Positions 27,522 to 36,751 of a DNA stretch of 64,000 nt are shown one piece after another (within the stretch, counting starts at the first letter, position 1; every line of letters begins with the position of its first letter). Source of the stretch: a virus (taxonomy: Duplodnaviria > Caudoviricetes); the IMG/VR virus record IMGVR_UViG_3300025735_000009, positions 1-64,000 of that record; one strand, written 5' to 3'. The notes under the pieces were generated by a model. That model worked only from the letters and a program-made list of their open reading frames with translations. It searched no databases and had not been told where the DNA came from. A program made the translations under genes and the position numbers.

Positions 27522-27941
27522 CTAGCCGAAACAGCTCTGCTCAACCAGCACCTTGGGTACGTGTACAGTCTCGCCACGGTGCAGCAGCACTATTGCTCGG
27601 CAGATAGCCACCAGGATCGAGTCGCCACCGGCCAAGCGCATCAGCAACGGGCCGTTCTTGTACGCGACCGATCGCCATTTTTTACTGGTACCGTCCTGCA
27701 GCATGCCAAAGCTCTTGCAATGCTTGTCCGCCAGCGGGCCGCCGAGCATCCAGTCTTCCTGCGGGTTGTACCGATCGAAGCGATACGACACTAGGCCGCC
27801 CCGGCGGTAGTACACGCGCCAATCGGTCAAGTACTCCCGCGGACCGTCCAGGTGCAGTTCAACACCCTCGACTTCGCCAACCGCCCAGGCCAGCGCCTCG
27901 CCAGACAGATCAGCCGCGGGGACCTCGATTAGATCGTTCAC
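27522..27941 (-). CDS. NinX/DUF2591-like protein
   Basis: LSGEALAWAVG...YNPQEDWMLGGPL. Confidence 0.75.
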   Translation of the reverse strand: MNDLIEVPAADLSGEALAWAVGEVEGVELHLDGPREYLTDWRVYYRRGGLVSYRFDRYNPQEDWMLGGPLADKHCKSFGMLQDGTSKKWRSVAYKNGPLLMRLAGGDSILVAICRAIVLLHRGETVHVPKVLVEQSCFG

Positions 27942-28180
27942 GACGCCACCTGGTGATCGCGCATGAAATTAGCCATGTCGCCCATCTGCTGAACAATTGC
28001 CTCTTCCTCTGCAGCGACTGACAACGAGATTTTCCCCTTTCTTTTGATGCAGTGCCTGCAGTCAACGCGGGACCAATCGCCAGACAAGCTGCTGGCCTCG
28101 CCAAGCCAGGTTCCGCAGACGGCTTGCTCTTCGGAGTCATCCTGTGGATGGGCGGAGTAATGGGTCTTCATTGCACTCAC
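27938..28180 (-). CDS. hypothetical protein
   Basis: CG...VDCRHC. Confidence 0.65.
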   Translation of the reverse strand: MSAMKTHYSAHPQDDSEEQAVCGTWLGEASSLSGDWSRVDCRHCIKRKGKISLSVAAEEEAIVQQMGDMANFMRDHQVAS

Positions 28181-28614
28181 CGCAGCACCTCATCAGACAC
28201 GTCAAAGAAGCCCAGGCGTCCCTTGAGCGGGGTAAAAGGCAGCACCTCGGGGTTGCGCAGCATGAAACCCTTCTGGCCCATGTACCAAGGCGAATGAAAG
28301 GTCGCCTCCAGAGTTTCGACGCTGTCATACAGCTCGACCGACCCGATGATGCCGCCGCGCTGCAGGTCCTCGAACTCCGGGAAGTCAAACGGAGGCGTCA
28401 GCCCTCCAGACTCCATACCCCACTGATAGGCGGACAGGTATTCATTGCGGGTCATGCCTTGGGCCGCGTGCACCAGGAACCGACCGCGAAACTTCGTGTG
28501 CCAGGTGCGGTTCTCCACGTCCTTAAAGTCGGCCCTGTAACGCTGCTCTGGGGTGGTCAGGTTCGGCCAGATGATCAGGTGTGCCCATGGCTGGCGGATG
28601 GATAGCGCTTTCAT
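28177..28614 (-). CDS. ASCH domain protein
   Basis: MKALSIRQPWAHLI...KDVENRTW...GGIIG. Confidence 0.9.
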   Translation of the reverse strand: MKALSIRQPWAHLIIWPNLTTPEQRYRADFKDVENRTWHTKFRGRFLVHAAQGMTRNEYLSAYQWGMESGGLTPPFDFPEFEDLQRGGIIGSVELYDSVETLEATFHSPWYMGQKGFMLRNPEVLPFTPLKGRLGFFDVSDEVLR

Positions 28615-29036
28615 GCTGTGAACTTCCGGTTGAACCCCTGATGGCGCAGCGGTACCGCCGTAACAGGGGTTTTCAGTGCCTGTTCGAGGCTCATGCCCGC
28701 CCTCATGCGCCGGCGCACCGTTGAATCGCTCACACCATGCCTTTTGGCCAGCTCTACGATCGTGCCGCGAACACCATCAACTGTATGTGACCGGAGCTCA
28801 CGCCGAGCGGCCACCGCCTTCTGTGCAGCGGCGCGGAGCTTGGGCGTACAGACGCCCCGGCGCGCCTCGTTCGACAGCTGGCAATTCAGCGACTGACCCC
28901 GCTCAGGCCAGTCAATCGCCGGCATTGCCTCAAGCATTGCGTAGAAGGTATCGCGACACAGGCCGAGCGCCTCAAGGACCATGGTTTTGGAGAAGCCACG
29001 GGCAGCGCAGTCCCTTATGAATTCCTCAGTTGTCAT
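28611..29036 (-). CDS. putative DNA-binding protein (C-terminal HTH)
   Basis: TIVELAKRHGVSDSTVRRRMRAG. Confidence 0.7.
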   Translation of the reverse strand: MTTEEFIRDCAARGFSKTMVLEALGLCRDTFYAMLEAMPAIDWPERGQSLNCQLSNEARRGVCTPKLRAAAQKAVAARRELRSHTVDGVRGTIVELAKRHGVSDSTVRRRMRAGMSLEQALKTPVTAVPLRHQGFNRKFTA

Positions 29037-29707
29037 TGAGCGCACCGAATGTTGGTTTCGATCACTTTGAATTCCACCACCCATACCCACGGGTTGGCGG
29101 TCCACATATACCCAGTGCGCATGGACTCCCACAGCATGTAGAAGGCCTCCCGCGCGCAGCTGGTGCTGCGCCCCTTGTACTCGTCGCCCTCGGTGATGAC
29201 GTAACGGCGCTTGGCCTTGTCGTAGAACATGCCTTCGGCCGCGGCCTGCTCGGGGCTTATCGCCTGCAGCTGCTTGGCCTGCACGCTGACGATCTCCAGC
29301 ACCAGGCGGGCGTATTCCTCGGGCATGGTGTCCGCATCGTTCCACTGGGGACGGTAATGGGCCGGCGGTGCGGCTTTGTTGTGGTCCGCGATCCAGTCGC
29401 CATCTGCCAGGTAGGTCACCGCTGCGCCGTGCTTGTTCCACGGCTCCTGGACATACAGGCGATCGCCCGGCACCCCGTAAGGGCAGCGCCAAGCGGCTGG
29501 AACATCGCCCGGCAGGTCACCACCCTCATAAGGGACATGGCCTCGTGCCAGCCAAACGGGCTGCCCGTCAGGGTGGGGGGCCATGCTGACGTAGGTGTTG
29601 AACGGCTGCGGTGTCACCACCTCCCGGAAGGTCGTTTTACGACCATCCAGGGTGGCGGCCGCCATGCCGGCGGACATGACTACAGCCCGGATAGATCCGG
29701 CACTCAC
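29033..29707 (-). CDS. ASCH-like phage protein
   Basis: LDGRKT...CPYG.PGDRLYV.E...NPWVWVVEF. Confidence 0.75.
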   Translation of the reverse strand: MSAGSIRAVVMSAGMAAATLDGRKTTFREVVTPQPFNTYVSMAPHPDGQPVWLARGHVPYEGGDLPGDVPAAWRCPYGVPGDRLYVQEPWNKHGAAVTYLADGDWIADHNKAAPPAHYRPQWNDADTMPEEYARLVLEIVSVQAKQLQAISPEQAAAEGMFYDKAKRRYVITEGDEYKGRSTSCAREAFYMLWESMRTGYMWTANPWVWVVEFKVIETNIRCAQ

Positions 29708-30015
29708 TGCAGCACCTTGGAGCCAGGCAGAACGGGGGTGGTCAACGTTTTGAGGATGCGGTCGATGCTCTTTTGCGCTTCCTCCGGTGAAATGACTTTT
29801 TCGGTAACTTCTGGCCTGGCGGCGCCCTCGAGCGTGTCCAGCAGCAGTTCCAGACGGTGGGTGCGCTCCAGCTTTTCGATGATCGCGGAAACGATGAACC
29901 CATTCATGGAGCGGCTATCGAGCGCAGCAGCGGCAATCACACGTTCGCGCAGGCCATCTGGCAAGCGGGTCATGACTTTCTGTACGCCTTGGGATGCTTT
30001 GTCTTCATTGCTCAT
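29704..30015 (-). CDS. Arc-family DNA-binding protein
   Basis: KVMTRLPDGLRERV...RSMNGFIV. Confidence 0.85.
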   Translation of the reverse strand: MSNEDKASQGVQKVMTRLPDGLRERVIAAAALDSRSMNGFIVSAIIEKLERTHRLELLLDTLEGAARPEVTEKVISPEEAQKSIDRILKTLTTPVLPGSKVLQ

Positions 30016-30071
30016 TGGAAACTTCCTGTTCTTCAACTGAGAGGGTTGCGGGCGCTGGGCCCGCAGAGCCG

Positions 30072-30464
30072 TTATGCGGTGGCGACGCCGGGCTCGACGC
30101 CCAAGGCCTGTGCGAGGGTTTTGCCGCGGGCCATGAGCCGCTGCACCTTGGCGCGGCTCATGCCGGCCTGGGCGGCCAACTGGGGCATGGTTCCGTAGTA
30201 CGGACCAACCTGGCGGGCATATCGTGCGCGGATGGTCGCCAGCCCCCGGGCACGCGCCGCCTTGATGGCCGGGTGGTCACGGTTGGCCTGGTTGGCCAGC
30301 TGGTTGCCGACGGAACAACCCTGGCGCGGCCAGTCGACCGGCGCCATGGCATCCAGCAGAAGCTGAAACTTCGGCCGGCTCAGGCCCATGTGCTCACGCG
30401 TCATGGTCCGGGACCAACCCTTGGCAGCGGCCTCACGGATGAACTTCTCGGTAGCGCAGCTCAT
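30072..30464 (-). CDS. paralog of 28611..29036
   Basis: TEKFIREAAAKGWSRTM vs TEEFIRDCAARGFSKTM. Confidence 0.7.
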   Translation of the reverse strand: MSCATEKFIREAAAKGWSRTMTREHMGLSRPKFQLLLDAMAPVDWPRQGCSVGNQLANQANRDHPAIKAARARGLATIRARYARQVGPYYGTMPQLAAQAGMSRAKVQRLMARGKTLAQALGVEPGVATA

Positions 30465-30814
30465 TCGGTGGCCTCGGCTTTCTTCGCGCGGTGGGCCGCG
30501 GCCGCCTCGGGGGTGGCCAGGTCGAAGTGCTTCACTTCCTCACCGTCGGGCAGAATGATCGTCAAGGTGTGCATTTGCAGGCCGCCCAGCGTCAGGTCGC
30601 AGCCGACACCTTTGACGAAGCGGCCAATGCACGACGTGCCCAGACGAAACTGCAGGTCTTCCATTTCTTCGCCAACGCCCGCGTCGAGGAAGTCACGACC
30701 GCTTTGCAGGGTCTTGCACTGAGGGCAGACAAACACAACGTCTTCCAGGTGAACCGCCTGGGCCTTGTACTCTTCCTGGAACTGCTCAATGGAGATCTCG
30801 CGACGGCCACTCAT
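30461..30814 (-). CDS. Cys-containing phage hypothetical protein
   Basis: FVCPQCKT...CIGRF...GCD. Confidence 0.65.
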   Translation of the reverse strand: MSGRREISIEQFQEEYKAQAVHLEDVVFVCPQCKTLQSGRDFLDAGVGEEMEDLQFRLGTSCIGRFVKGVGCDLTLGGLQMHTLTIILPDGEEVKHFDLATPEAAAAHRAKKAEATE

Positions 30815-31455
30815 GCCACACGCTCGCTTTCTTCGGCAGCCATGACCGGCAGCAGACGCGCCGCCGCGCGGCAGGCCTCCAGCTGGTCTACTGGGTAGCC
30901 CCAGATGTTGCCCTTGCCATGGGTGCGTTCCATACCGATGTAATACATTTCGATGCGGATACCCTGCATCACGTAATCGCGCAGCATGCACACCAGGTCG
31001 CGCAGGGTGCCGCCGTGGCCAAAGCCTTGCCAGTCCCCGTTCCTGCGCAGCACCACCTTGTTGCCCGACTTCTCGTCGATCAGGTAGACGCCGCCGTCGT
31101 ACACCAGGCGAGCGATGCGCTCGTGCTTGGCGTTGAAGAAGAAGCACCGACCGTGCTGGGAAATGACCTCAATCAGCTGGTTGGCGTAGAAACACCGCAG
31201 CTGCTTGGCGAACTCGTGCCGGCCGGACTCGACCACTTTGCCATCGGTGAACACCTTGGCCAGGCGGGCGCAGAGCTCGGACATGGTGGCCATGGATTCA
31301 GTTTGGGCGTCAGGCCCTACGGGCAGCTCAGCTTTCAGGCCAGTGCGCAGGTGCTGCAGCACCAGAAGGTGGCCGGTTGCGGTCTTGCTCGAGGTCAGGG
31401 CGAAGCGCTCACGATCGAGCATCCCGCTGACCCAGTCGATATTTTCATTGTGCAT
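30811..31455 (-). CDS. hypothetical protein
   Basis: GFGHGGTLRDLV motif. Confidence 0.65.
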   Translation of the reverse strand: MHNENIDWVSGMLDRERFALTSSKTATGHLLVLQHLRTGLKAELPVGPDAQTESMATMSELCARLAKVFTDGKVVESGRHEFAKQLRCFYANQLIEVISQHGRCFFFNAKHERIARLVYDGGVYLIDEKSGNKVVLRRNGDWQGFGHGGTLRDLVCMLRDYVMQGIRIEMYYIGMERTHGKGNIWGYPVDQLEACRAAARLLPVMAAEESERVA

Positions 31456-31744
31456 AGCGCGTAGCCTCGAACATCCGTTTGTACTTGGTGATTGCCAGGA
31501 CCCTAAAGCAGAGAATCCTGGCGGCGTTGGCGCAGGCGAGGCGGTATCCCTCATCGCCTTTCTCGTGTCCGCTGCTCCCGAGCGTCATGACCCCGGTATC
31601 AGGGTGGTGGGCGATCGCGGTAAAGCCGATCGCCTCCTTTCCATCCCTCTCCGCGGTACAGCTCACGGTGAAGACCATGACGCCCAAAGGGGTTTGAATG
31701 GCCTTGCGCTTGAGCTCGATATCGCTGGTATCCAGCAGCATCAC
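31445..31744 (-). CDS. hypothetical protein
   Basis: Operonic overlap. Confidence 0.55.
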   Translation of the reverse strand: MMLLDTSDIELKRKAIQTPLGVMVFTVSCTAERDGKEAIGFTAIAHHPDTGVMTLGSSGHEKGDEGYRLACANAARILCFRVLAITKYKRMFEATRYAQ

Positions 31745-32097
31745 GCCAACTCCGGCCGCACAGGGCGACCTATGTAGGGCTCCAGCCGCTTCGCGACCAG
31801 GTTGGCCAGCTCAATCAACCCGCTCCTGGTGTTGCCCTTGGCCAAGCCGATCAAGCGGTTACCCTCGAGCGACTCCACCAGCAGCTCCAGGTTGCAGGCG
31901 GTGGGCTGGATGCCTTGGCCGGCCTTCAACGCTTCGGTGATCGCCTGGGCCGCATCGGCCCACTTCTCGGCGTCAAACCCCGCCGGCGGGTTGTACTCGT
32001 AGGTGTCCGCCAACAGCTCGGCATTCCCCAAAAAGCGCATCCGGTCCGCGAGAAAGCCCGCGGCCATGGCGCTGAACACAATCGGTAGGTTGCGCAT
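31741..32097 (-). CDS. hypothetical protein
   Basis: MRNLP start after leader motif and GAGG. Confidence 0.65.
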   Translation of the reverse strand: MRNLPIVFSAMAAGFLADRMRFLGNAELLADTYEYNPPAGFDAEKWADAAQAITEALKAGQGIQPTACNLELLVESLEGNRLIGLAKGNTRSGLIELANLVAKRLEPYIGRPVRPELA

Positions 32098-32137
32098 ATC
32101 TATACCTCTGGCTGATTTGCCCGGGCATTTTTGCACA

Positions 32138-32187
32138 AACGCGCGTTCGCGCCAACCTGTTTACGCGCGAAAGCGCGAACGCGCGTT
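32138..32187. repeat. AACGCGCGTTCGCGC iteron cluster (inverted pair) over a promoter
   Basis: 32138-32153 and reverse copy 32173-32187. Confidence 0.8.
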
Positions 32188-32191
32188 TAAC

Positions 32192-32383
32192 CTACAACCC
32201 CCGATTGCCGCGCCCTGCACGGCTCGACCCATTGAGCGATCGCTGTCCGCTATCCAGTTTCCAGACGATGTACGCCCCACATGATGGGCAAATCTTCCGG
32301 TCGATCGAGGCGAGCAGTACCAGCCGGGTTTCCCCGCAAGCACAGGCCTTGGTGCTCGGCCGGGTGTCTTCGTTGGTCAGCAT
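32192..32383 (-). CDS. small Zn-ribbon-like protein
   Basis: CACG...CPSC. Confidence 0.55.
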   Translation of the reverse strand: MLTNEDTRPSTKACACGETRLVLLASIDRKICPSCGAYIVWKLDSGQRSLNGSSRAGRGNRGL

Positions 32384-32787
32384 GCTTGGGCCTCCCGGTA
32401 CTGGCGGTGCGCCTCCCACTTGGCCAGCAGCGCCCGCGTACCGTCCGGTACCGGCCGCCCTGCCCGCTCCACCAGCTGCACACAGGCGTCGACCAGTTCG
32501 ATTTCGCGGCCGTACTCGGCGATAAACCTGGCCTTGTTGCCGTGCACCGCTAGCAGCGTCTTGACCGGGCCGGTACCGGGCTGGTGATGCCCCTCGCACA
32601 GCGGCAGCACGTAGTAATGGGCGTGGGCCTTGGTGCGGCCGTCGCAGTGGTGAATCGAGACATGCCCGGGCAACGTGTAGTCGCGTGGGCGGCCATCGAG
32701 CAGGCAGCAGATGCACCCGCAGACGTAGGCCAAGTCGTCGTGCCAGGCCTTTTCAACCTTGGTGACCGTGCGTCCTCCGAGCATCAC
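32377..32787 (-). CDS. ref: Ref-like (RecA-dependent) HNH nuclease
   Basis: GCICC...IHH.DGRTK..AH..VLPLC..HH. Confidence 0.75.
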   Translation of the reverse strand: MMLGGRTVTKVEKAWHDDLAYVCGCICCLLDGRPRDYTLPGHVSIHHCDGRTKAHAHYYVLPLCEGHHQPGTGPVKTLLAVHGNKARFIAEYGREIELVDACVQLVERAGRPVPDGTRALLAKWEAHRQYREAQAC

Positions 32788-33941
32788 GCGAACCTCACAG
32801 GTTGTGGGCCTGGACGAGCAGCCCGCAGAGCCATCAGGCCTGCAGGAGCAGCCTTGCGCGCGACCTGGGCCGGTTCTTCGCCCTCGCCAACCTCATCGGC
32901 CGGAGCACGGGCCGCGGCCATGGCCATCAGGGCAGCCAAGCCGATACCTGGGCCCTTTTCGTTTTTCTCGGCAGGAACTGGGGTGGGTTCGGGATCAACG
33001 GCAGTGACAGGCGTGCTCTGTGGCTGGCTCTCAGCTTGCTCACGGGCGGCCTGCACCCGCTGGGTCTTCTGGAACCGAGTGGCATAGGACTCGCAGTTTT
33101 TCAGCAGCATGCCCACTGGATGCAGGGCGTCGACGATGTACGCCGTGGTTTCGTGCTTGACGTAGTAGGTGGCCACCTGGGGGGCCAGATCGCCTACACG
33201 GGCGACCAACTGGCACATGACGGACAGCATGTGTTTGTTGCACACCGGCCAGGCCTTGTACTTGGACCGGTAGGCACGAGCATAGGCATGCCATGGGGCG
33301 TAGCTGACCGCAGTGGGGTTCTGGGGGTAGTCCGCAGGCTCTCCCCCCTCTGGCTTATGGCCTTTGCTTTTCGCGGCTACAGCCGCCACCTTGCCGACCG
33401 ATTCCCCGGCTTGCCCGGGGTCGTCGTAAGAAACTGCTTTTTCAATCCTTGTTGCACTTTCAGTACTGTCTAATGTTTCCGGCTTTTCCGTAAACGGTGT
33501 TGCCGTAACCGGCGATTCAGTAATCGGCGTCACCGTTTCCGGCAAATCCGTAAACGGCTCATCACCACCACTCTTGCGCTTGGCGCCGGCCTTGGCCTGA
33601 ACGCTGGCGACGTAGATCGCCGCCTGCTCGAGGTCTGGCACCTCGGACACTTCGTATTCCACGCCCCGGAAGCCGCCACCCTCGCGGACGAACTCCTGGT
33701 ACAGGTAGCCAGCGGCGCGCAGTTCGTTGAGTACCTTGTAGACCTTGTCCCGGCCAGAGCGGCCGCCGATCGCCTCGCGGGTCTGGTTGATCAGGTCCTT
33801 GATCTGGACGCGCCAGTTGTCCGGCTTGCTTAGGAGGTAGATCAGCATGCCGCGGCCAGCCCACGACAACCGACGATCTTCGATAACCGTCGATGGGAGG
33901 GCGTAGTAAGTGCTTTTCCGTGCAGCGCGAACGATGCTCAT
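32784..33941 (-). CDS. phage replication initiator (N-terminal winged HTH)
   Basis: DRRLSWAGRGMLIYLLSKPDNW...GRDKVYKVLNEL..AGY; GGAGG RBS; internal direct repeats. Confidence 0.8.
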   Translation of the reverse strand: MSIVRAARKSTYYALPSTVIEDRRLSWAGRGMLIYLLSKPDNWRVQIKDLINQTREAIGGRSGRDKVYKVLNELRAAGYLYQEFVREGGGFRGVEYEVSEVPDLEQAAIYVASVQAKAGAKRKSGGDEPFTDLPETVTPITESPVTATPFTEKPETLDSTESATRIEKAVSYDDPGQAGESVGKVAAVAAKSKGHKPEGGEPADYPQNPTAVSYAPWHAYARAYRSKYKAWPVCNKHMLSVMCQLVARVGDLAPQVATYYVKHETTAYIVDALHPVGMLLKNCESYATRFQKTQRVQAAREQAESQPQSTPVTAVDPEPTPVPAEKNEKGPGIGLAALMAMAAARAPADEVGEGEEPAQVARKAAPAGLMALRAARPGPQPVRFA

Positions 33942-34053
33942 CGAGCACCTCCTTTGTGAGTGGGTGCTGTGAGCAAAGAAACAGGCGTGAAAAGATGGCA
34001 TTGCGCCATCATTGCCGGCGAAAGGTCAGAAGATTGCAGGAATGTGACGCAAA

Positions 34054-34091
34054 GGCGCGAACGTGTTAACGCGCGTTGCGTGTGGTATAGT
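34054..34091. repeat. degenerate CGCG iteron cluster next to TG-N-TATAGT (+ strand)
   Basis: GGCGCGAACGTGTT-AACGCGCGTT. Confidence 0.55.
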
Positions 34092-34224
34092 CGGCCTACG
34101 AACACAGGGGACCCCCGTATTCGGGTAAGCACGGATAGCTTTCTGATCCATTGATGTGATCGTTTTGCCCTAGCCTTATCAGGGCTAGAGCATAAAAGAA
34201 TGTGTTTTTATGCATTTTTTGGTG

Positions 34225-34271
34225 AAAAAGAACCCAGGAGCCTTGGTCGGTGAAGCGGGTTCTTTTTTTTT
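34225..34271. terminator. bidirectional intrinsic terminator
   Basis: AAAAAGAACCC...GGGTTCTTTTT. Confidence 0.7.
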
Positions 34272-34373
34272 GCCTCCATTTCAGTGCCTGCGCAAAGCGC
34301 AGATGCGATCCAATTCGGCGTGCTGTATACCATACGGCCGCAAACGCCGTCTAAGCCATTTTATCCGCGTACC

Positions 34374-34853
34374 TCACTCGGACTTGGGCTTTTTCTTCTT
34401 CACAAGATGCGCCACAGCCCGCAAATACAGGGCTTTCGAGAGCCCGCGCTCGCCCGTCGGCGCGCCCGAAATAATCTCCAGATTGCTAGCCGTTTTGAAT
34501 TTTGGGGACAAATCCTTGGTGCGCAGTTTCCTCGCCAGGCGAACACCTCGAGCGATCGAGCAGCGCAATTCACGCTCAGGGTAATCCTGGTCGAACCATC
34601 CAAACGGCAACCCCAAAACATCCTCAAGGCGGCGGCTCAACCGTTCGGGTATCCCTGATCGGGCGTTGACGGCCACGCTCATCTGGTTGGCGAACTTCAC
34701 CTGGTCCTGTTCCGAATAGGCGCTCAGGGCCCTGATCCGCACGCCGTCATAGCGCAGATCAACGTACAGGATGAAACGCTGGCGCCTGGCCGCCTGGGCC
34801 GCGTCTACGGCTTCCTCGACGGTTTGGCAGCCCTCAAAAATCTCGATGTTCAT
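34374..34853 (-). CDS. putative phage repressor
   Basis: [21 protein letters not shown] resembles the end of CI-like N-terminal domains; divergent from ssb; operators on both sides. Confidence 0.55.
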   Translation of the reverse strand: MNIEIFEGCQTVEEAVDAAQAARRQRFILYVDLRYDGVRIRALSAYSEQDQVKFANQMSVAVNARSGIPERLSRRLEDVLGLPFGWFDQDYPERELRCSIARGVRLARKLRTKDLSPKFKTASNLEIISGAPTGERGLSKALYLRAVAHLVKKKKPKSE

Positions 34854-34955
34854 GCGGGTCTTATCGGTGGCTGTCTTGATACTGCCGATCTTACAGGAGT
34901 GATAAATAAACTGCTGTTTTTTACTGGGAAACCCCTTTATCTTATGCGGCGCAAT

Positions 34956-34988
34956 GTACGCGGATACAAAATGCCGTGTACGCGGATA
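34956..34988 (+). promoter_or_regulatory. tandem operators upstream of ssb
   Basis: GTACGCGGATA at 34956 and 34978. Confidence 0.8.
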
Positions 34989-35006
34989 CTGACAAAAGGG
35001 GGCCCC

Positions 35007-35522
35007 ATGGCTCGCGGCGTAAACAAAGTGATCCTGGTGGGGACGTGCGGACAAGATCCCGAGGTGCGCTACCTTCCCAACGGCAATGCGGTAACCAATC
35101 TCAGCCTGGCCACCAGTGAGCAGTGGACGGACAAGCAAAGCGGCCAGAAGGTCGAGCGCACCGAATGGCACCGCGTGTCCATGTTCGGCAAGGTGGCGGA
35201 AATCGCCGGGGAGTACCTGCGCAAGGGCTCGCAGGTCTATATCGAAGGCAAGCTGCAAACCCGGGAGTGGGAAAAGGACGGCATCAAGCGTTACACCACT
35301 GAAATCGTCGTCGACATGACCGGCACCATGCAGCTGCTGGGCGGCCGACCTCAAGGCGACCAGGGCCCGCGCCCTCACCCGCAAGACGGCGCAGCGCGCC
35401 AGGCCCCGCCCCGGCGCCAGCCAAGCCCGCCCCAGAGCCAACAGGGCGCCCCTGGCCCAGACGTCCCTAACTTCGACGACGACATACCATTCCGCCCTAT
35501 ACCTCACCTGGCGGGGGCCTGA
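35007..35522 (+). CDS. ssb: single-stranded DNA-binding protein
   Basis: [12 protein letters not shown]...FDDDIPF. Confidence 0.97.
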   Translation: MARGVNKVILVGTCGQDPEVRYLPNGNAVTNLSLATSEQWTDKQSGQKVERTEWHRVSMFGKVAEIAGEYLRKGSQVYIEGKLQTREWEKDGIKRYTTEIVVDMTGTMQLLGGRPQGDQGPRPHPQDGAARQAPPRRQPSPPQSQQGAPGPDVPNFDDDIPFRPIPHLAGA

Positions 35523-35525
35523 TCC

Positions 35526-35708
35526 ATGCCCCACCCGATCCAGTACCTGGGCCACCCCCTGCACACCGTGAACGCCAAGGCCGAGCTGCGCCGCCAGCTT
35601 GAAGAGGCGGTGGCCAGGTTCGGCCCGGTAGCGCCAGCGGCAGAGCTCCATACCAAACCCACGCCCGCGCAAGAGCGGGTCATTCGCTACGGACTGCACA
35701 AGAGATAA
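35526..35708 (+). CDS. small hypothetical protein
   Basis: Fills gap between ssb and rdgC. Confidence 0.6.
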   Translation: MPHPIQYLGHPLHTVNAKAELRRQLEEAVARFGPVAPAAELHTKPTPAQERVIRYGLHKR

Positions 35709-35711
35709 GCC

Positions 35712-36632
35712 ATGTTCTTCAAAAACCTGCTTGCCTACCGTTTGACCCAAGACATTGCCCTCGAGGCGGAAGCACTCGAAGCCGCGCTGGCGTCCAAACC
35801 TGCCCGTGCTTGCGCCAGCCAGGAACTGAACACTTACGGATTCGTTGCCCCGTTCGGGAAGGGTGAAGACGCCCCGCTGGTGCACGTCAGCGGCGACTTC
35901 CTCCTGATCGCCGCCCGCAAGGAAGAGCGGATTTTGCCCGGCACCGTGGTCAACCAGGCGCTTAAGGAAAAGGTCGAAGAGATCGAGTCCGAGCAGATGC
36001 GCAAGGTCTACAAGAAAGAGCGCGACCAGATCAAAGACGAGATCATTCAGGCCTTCCTTCCGCGTGCCTTCGTGCGCCACTCCATGATCTTTGCCGCGAT
36101 CGACACCCGCGAGGGCCTGATCCTGGTCAACAGCGCCAGCCCGGGCCGCGCCGAGGACTTGCTCTCTACCCTGCGCGAAGTACTTGGCTCGCTGCCGGTG
36201 CGCCCAGTCACCGTCAAGATTGCCCCGGTGGCCACCATGACCGACTGGCTAAAGCAGCAAGAGGCCGCCGAGTGCTTCACCGTGCTGGATTCGTGCGAGC
36301 TGCGCGACACCCACGAAGATGGCGGGATTGTGCGCTGCACTCGCCAGGACCTGACCAGCGAGGAAGTCCAGCTGCACCTGGCTACCGGCAAGGTCTGCAC
36401 CCGCCTGGCACTGGCCTACAAGGACCAGCTGAGCTTTGTGCTCGATGACAGCCTGAGCATTTCCCGCCTGCGCTTTGAGGATCTGCTGACCGAGCAGGCC
36501 GAGCAGGACGGTGGCGACGAGGCCGCGGGCCAGTTCGATGCCAGTTTCTCGCTGATGATGCTGACCTTCCGGGAGTTCCTGGGCGAGCTGCTGCCGGCAC
36601 TGGGCGGTGAAGAGCTGCCACAGGCGGCATAG
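35712..36632 (+). CDS. rdgC: recombination-associated protein RdgC
   Basis: [11 protein letters not shown]...KEERILP...FDASF. Confidence 0.95.
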   Translation: MFFKNLLAYRLTQDIALEAEALEAALASKPARACASQELNTYGFVAPFGKGEDAPLVHVSGDFLLIAARKEERILPGTVVNQALKEKVEEIESEQMRKVYKKERDQIKDEIIQAFLPRAFVRHSMIFAAIDTREGLILVNSASPGRAEDLLSTLREVLGSLPVRPVTVKIAPVATMTDWLKQQEAAECFTVLDSCELRDTHEDGGIVRCTRQDLTSEEVQLHLATGKVCTRLALAYKDQLSFVLDDSLSISRLRFEDLLTEQAEQDGGDEAAGQFDASFSLMMLTFREFLGELLPALGGEELPQAA

Positions 36633-36646
36633 CCAAATCGCGGACG

Positions 36647-36683
36647 AAAAAAAGCCGCGACTCCCGAGGGGCGCGGCCTTTTT
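36647..36683 (+). terminator. intrinsic terminator (possibly bidirectional)
   Basis: AAAAAAGCCGCG...CGCGGCCTTTTT. Confidence 0.75.
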
Positions 36684-36751
36684 CCACAAAAATCAGCCAG
36701 ATAATTGTGCCTCGCATTATATGCCCCTGCACTCGATTAGCAAGGAACGTG

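Noticed and set aside
34374-36080. 568-aa - strand ORF
   Set aside because: Its N-terminal part is antisense to ssb and rdgC; only the last 159 codons (from ATG 34853) look real.
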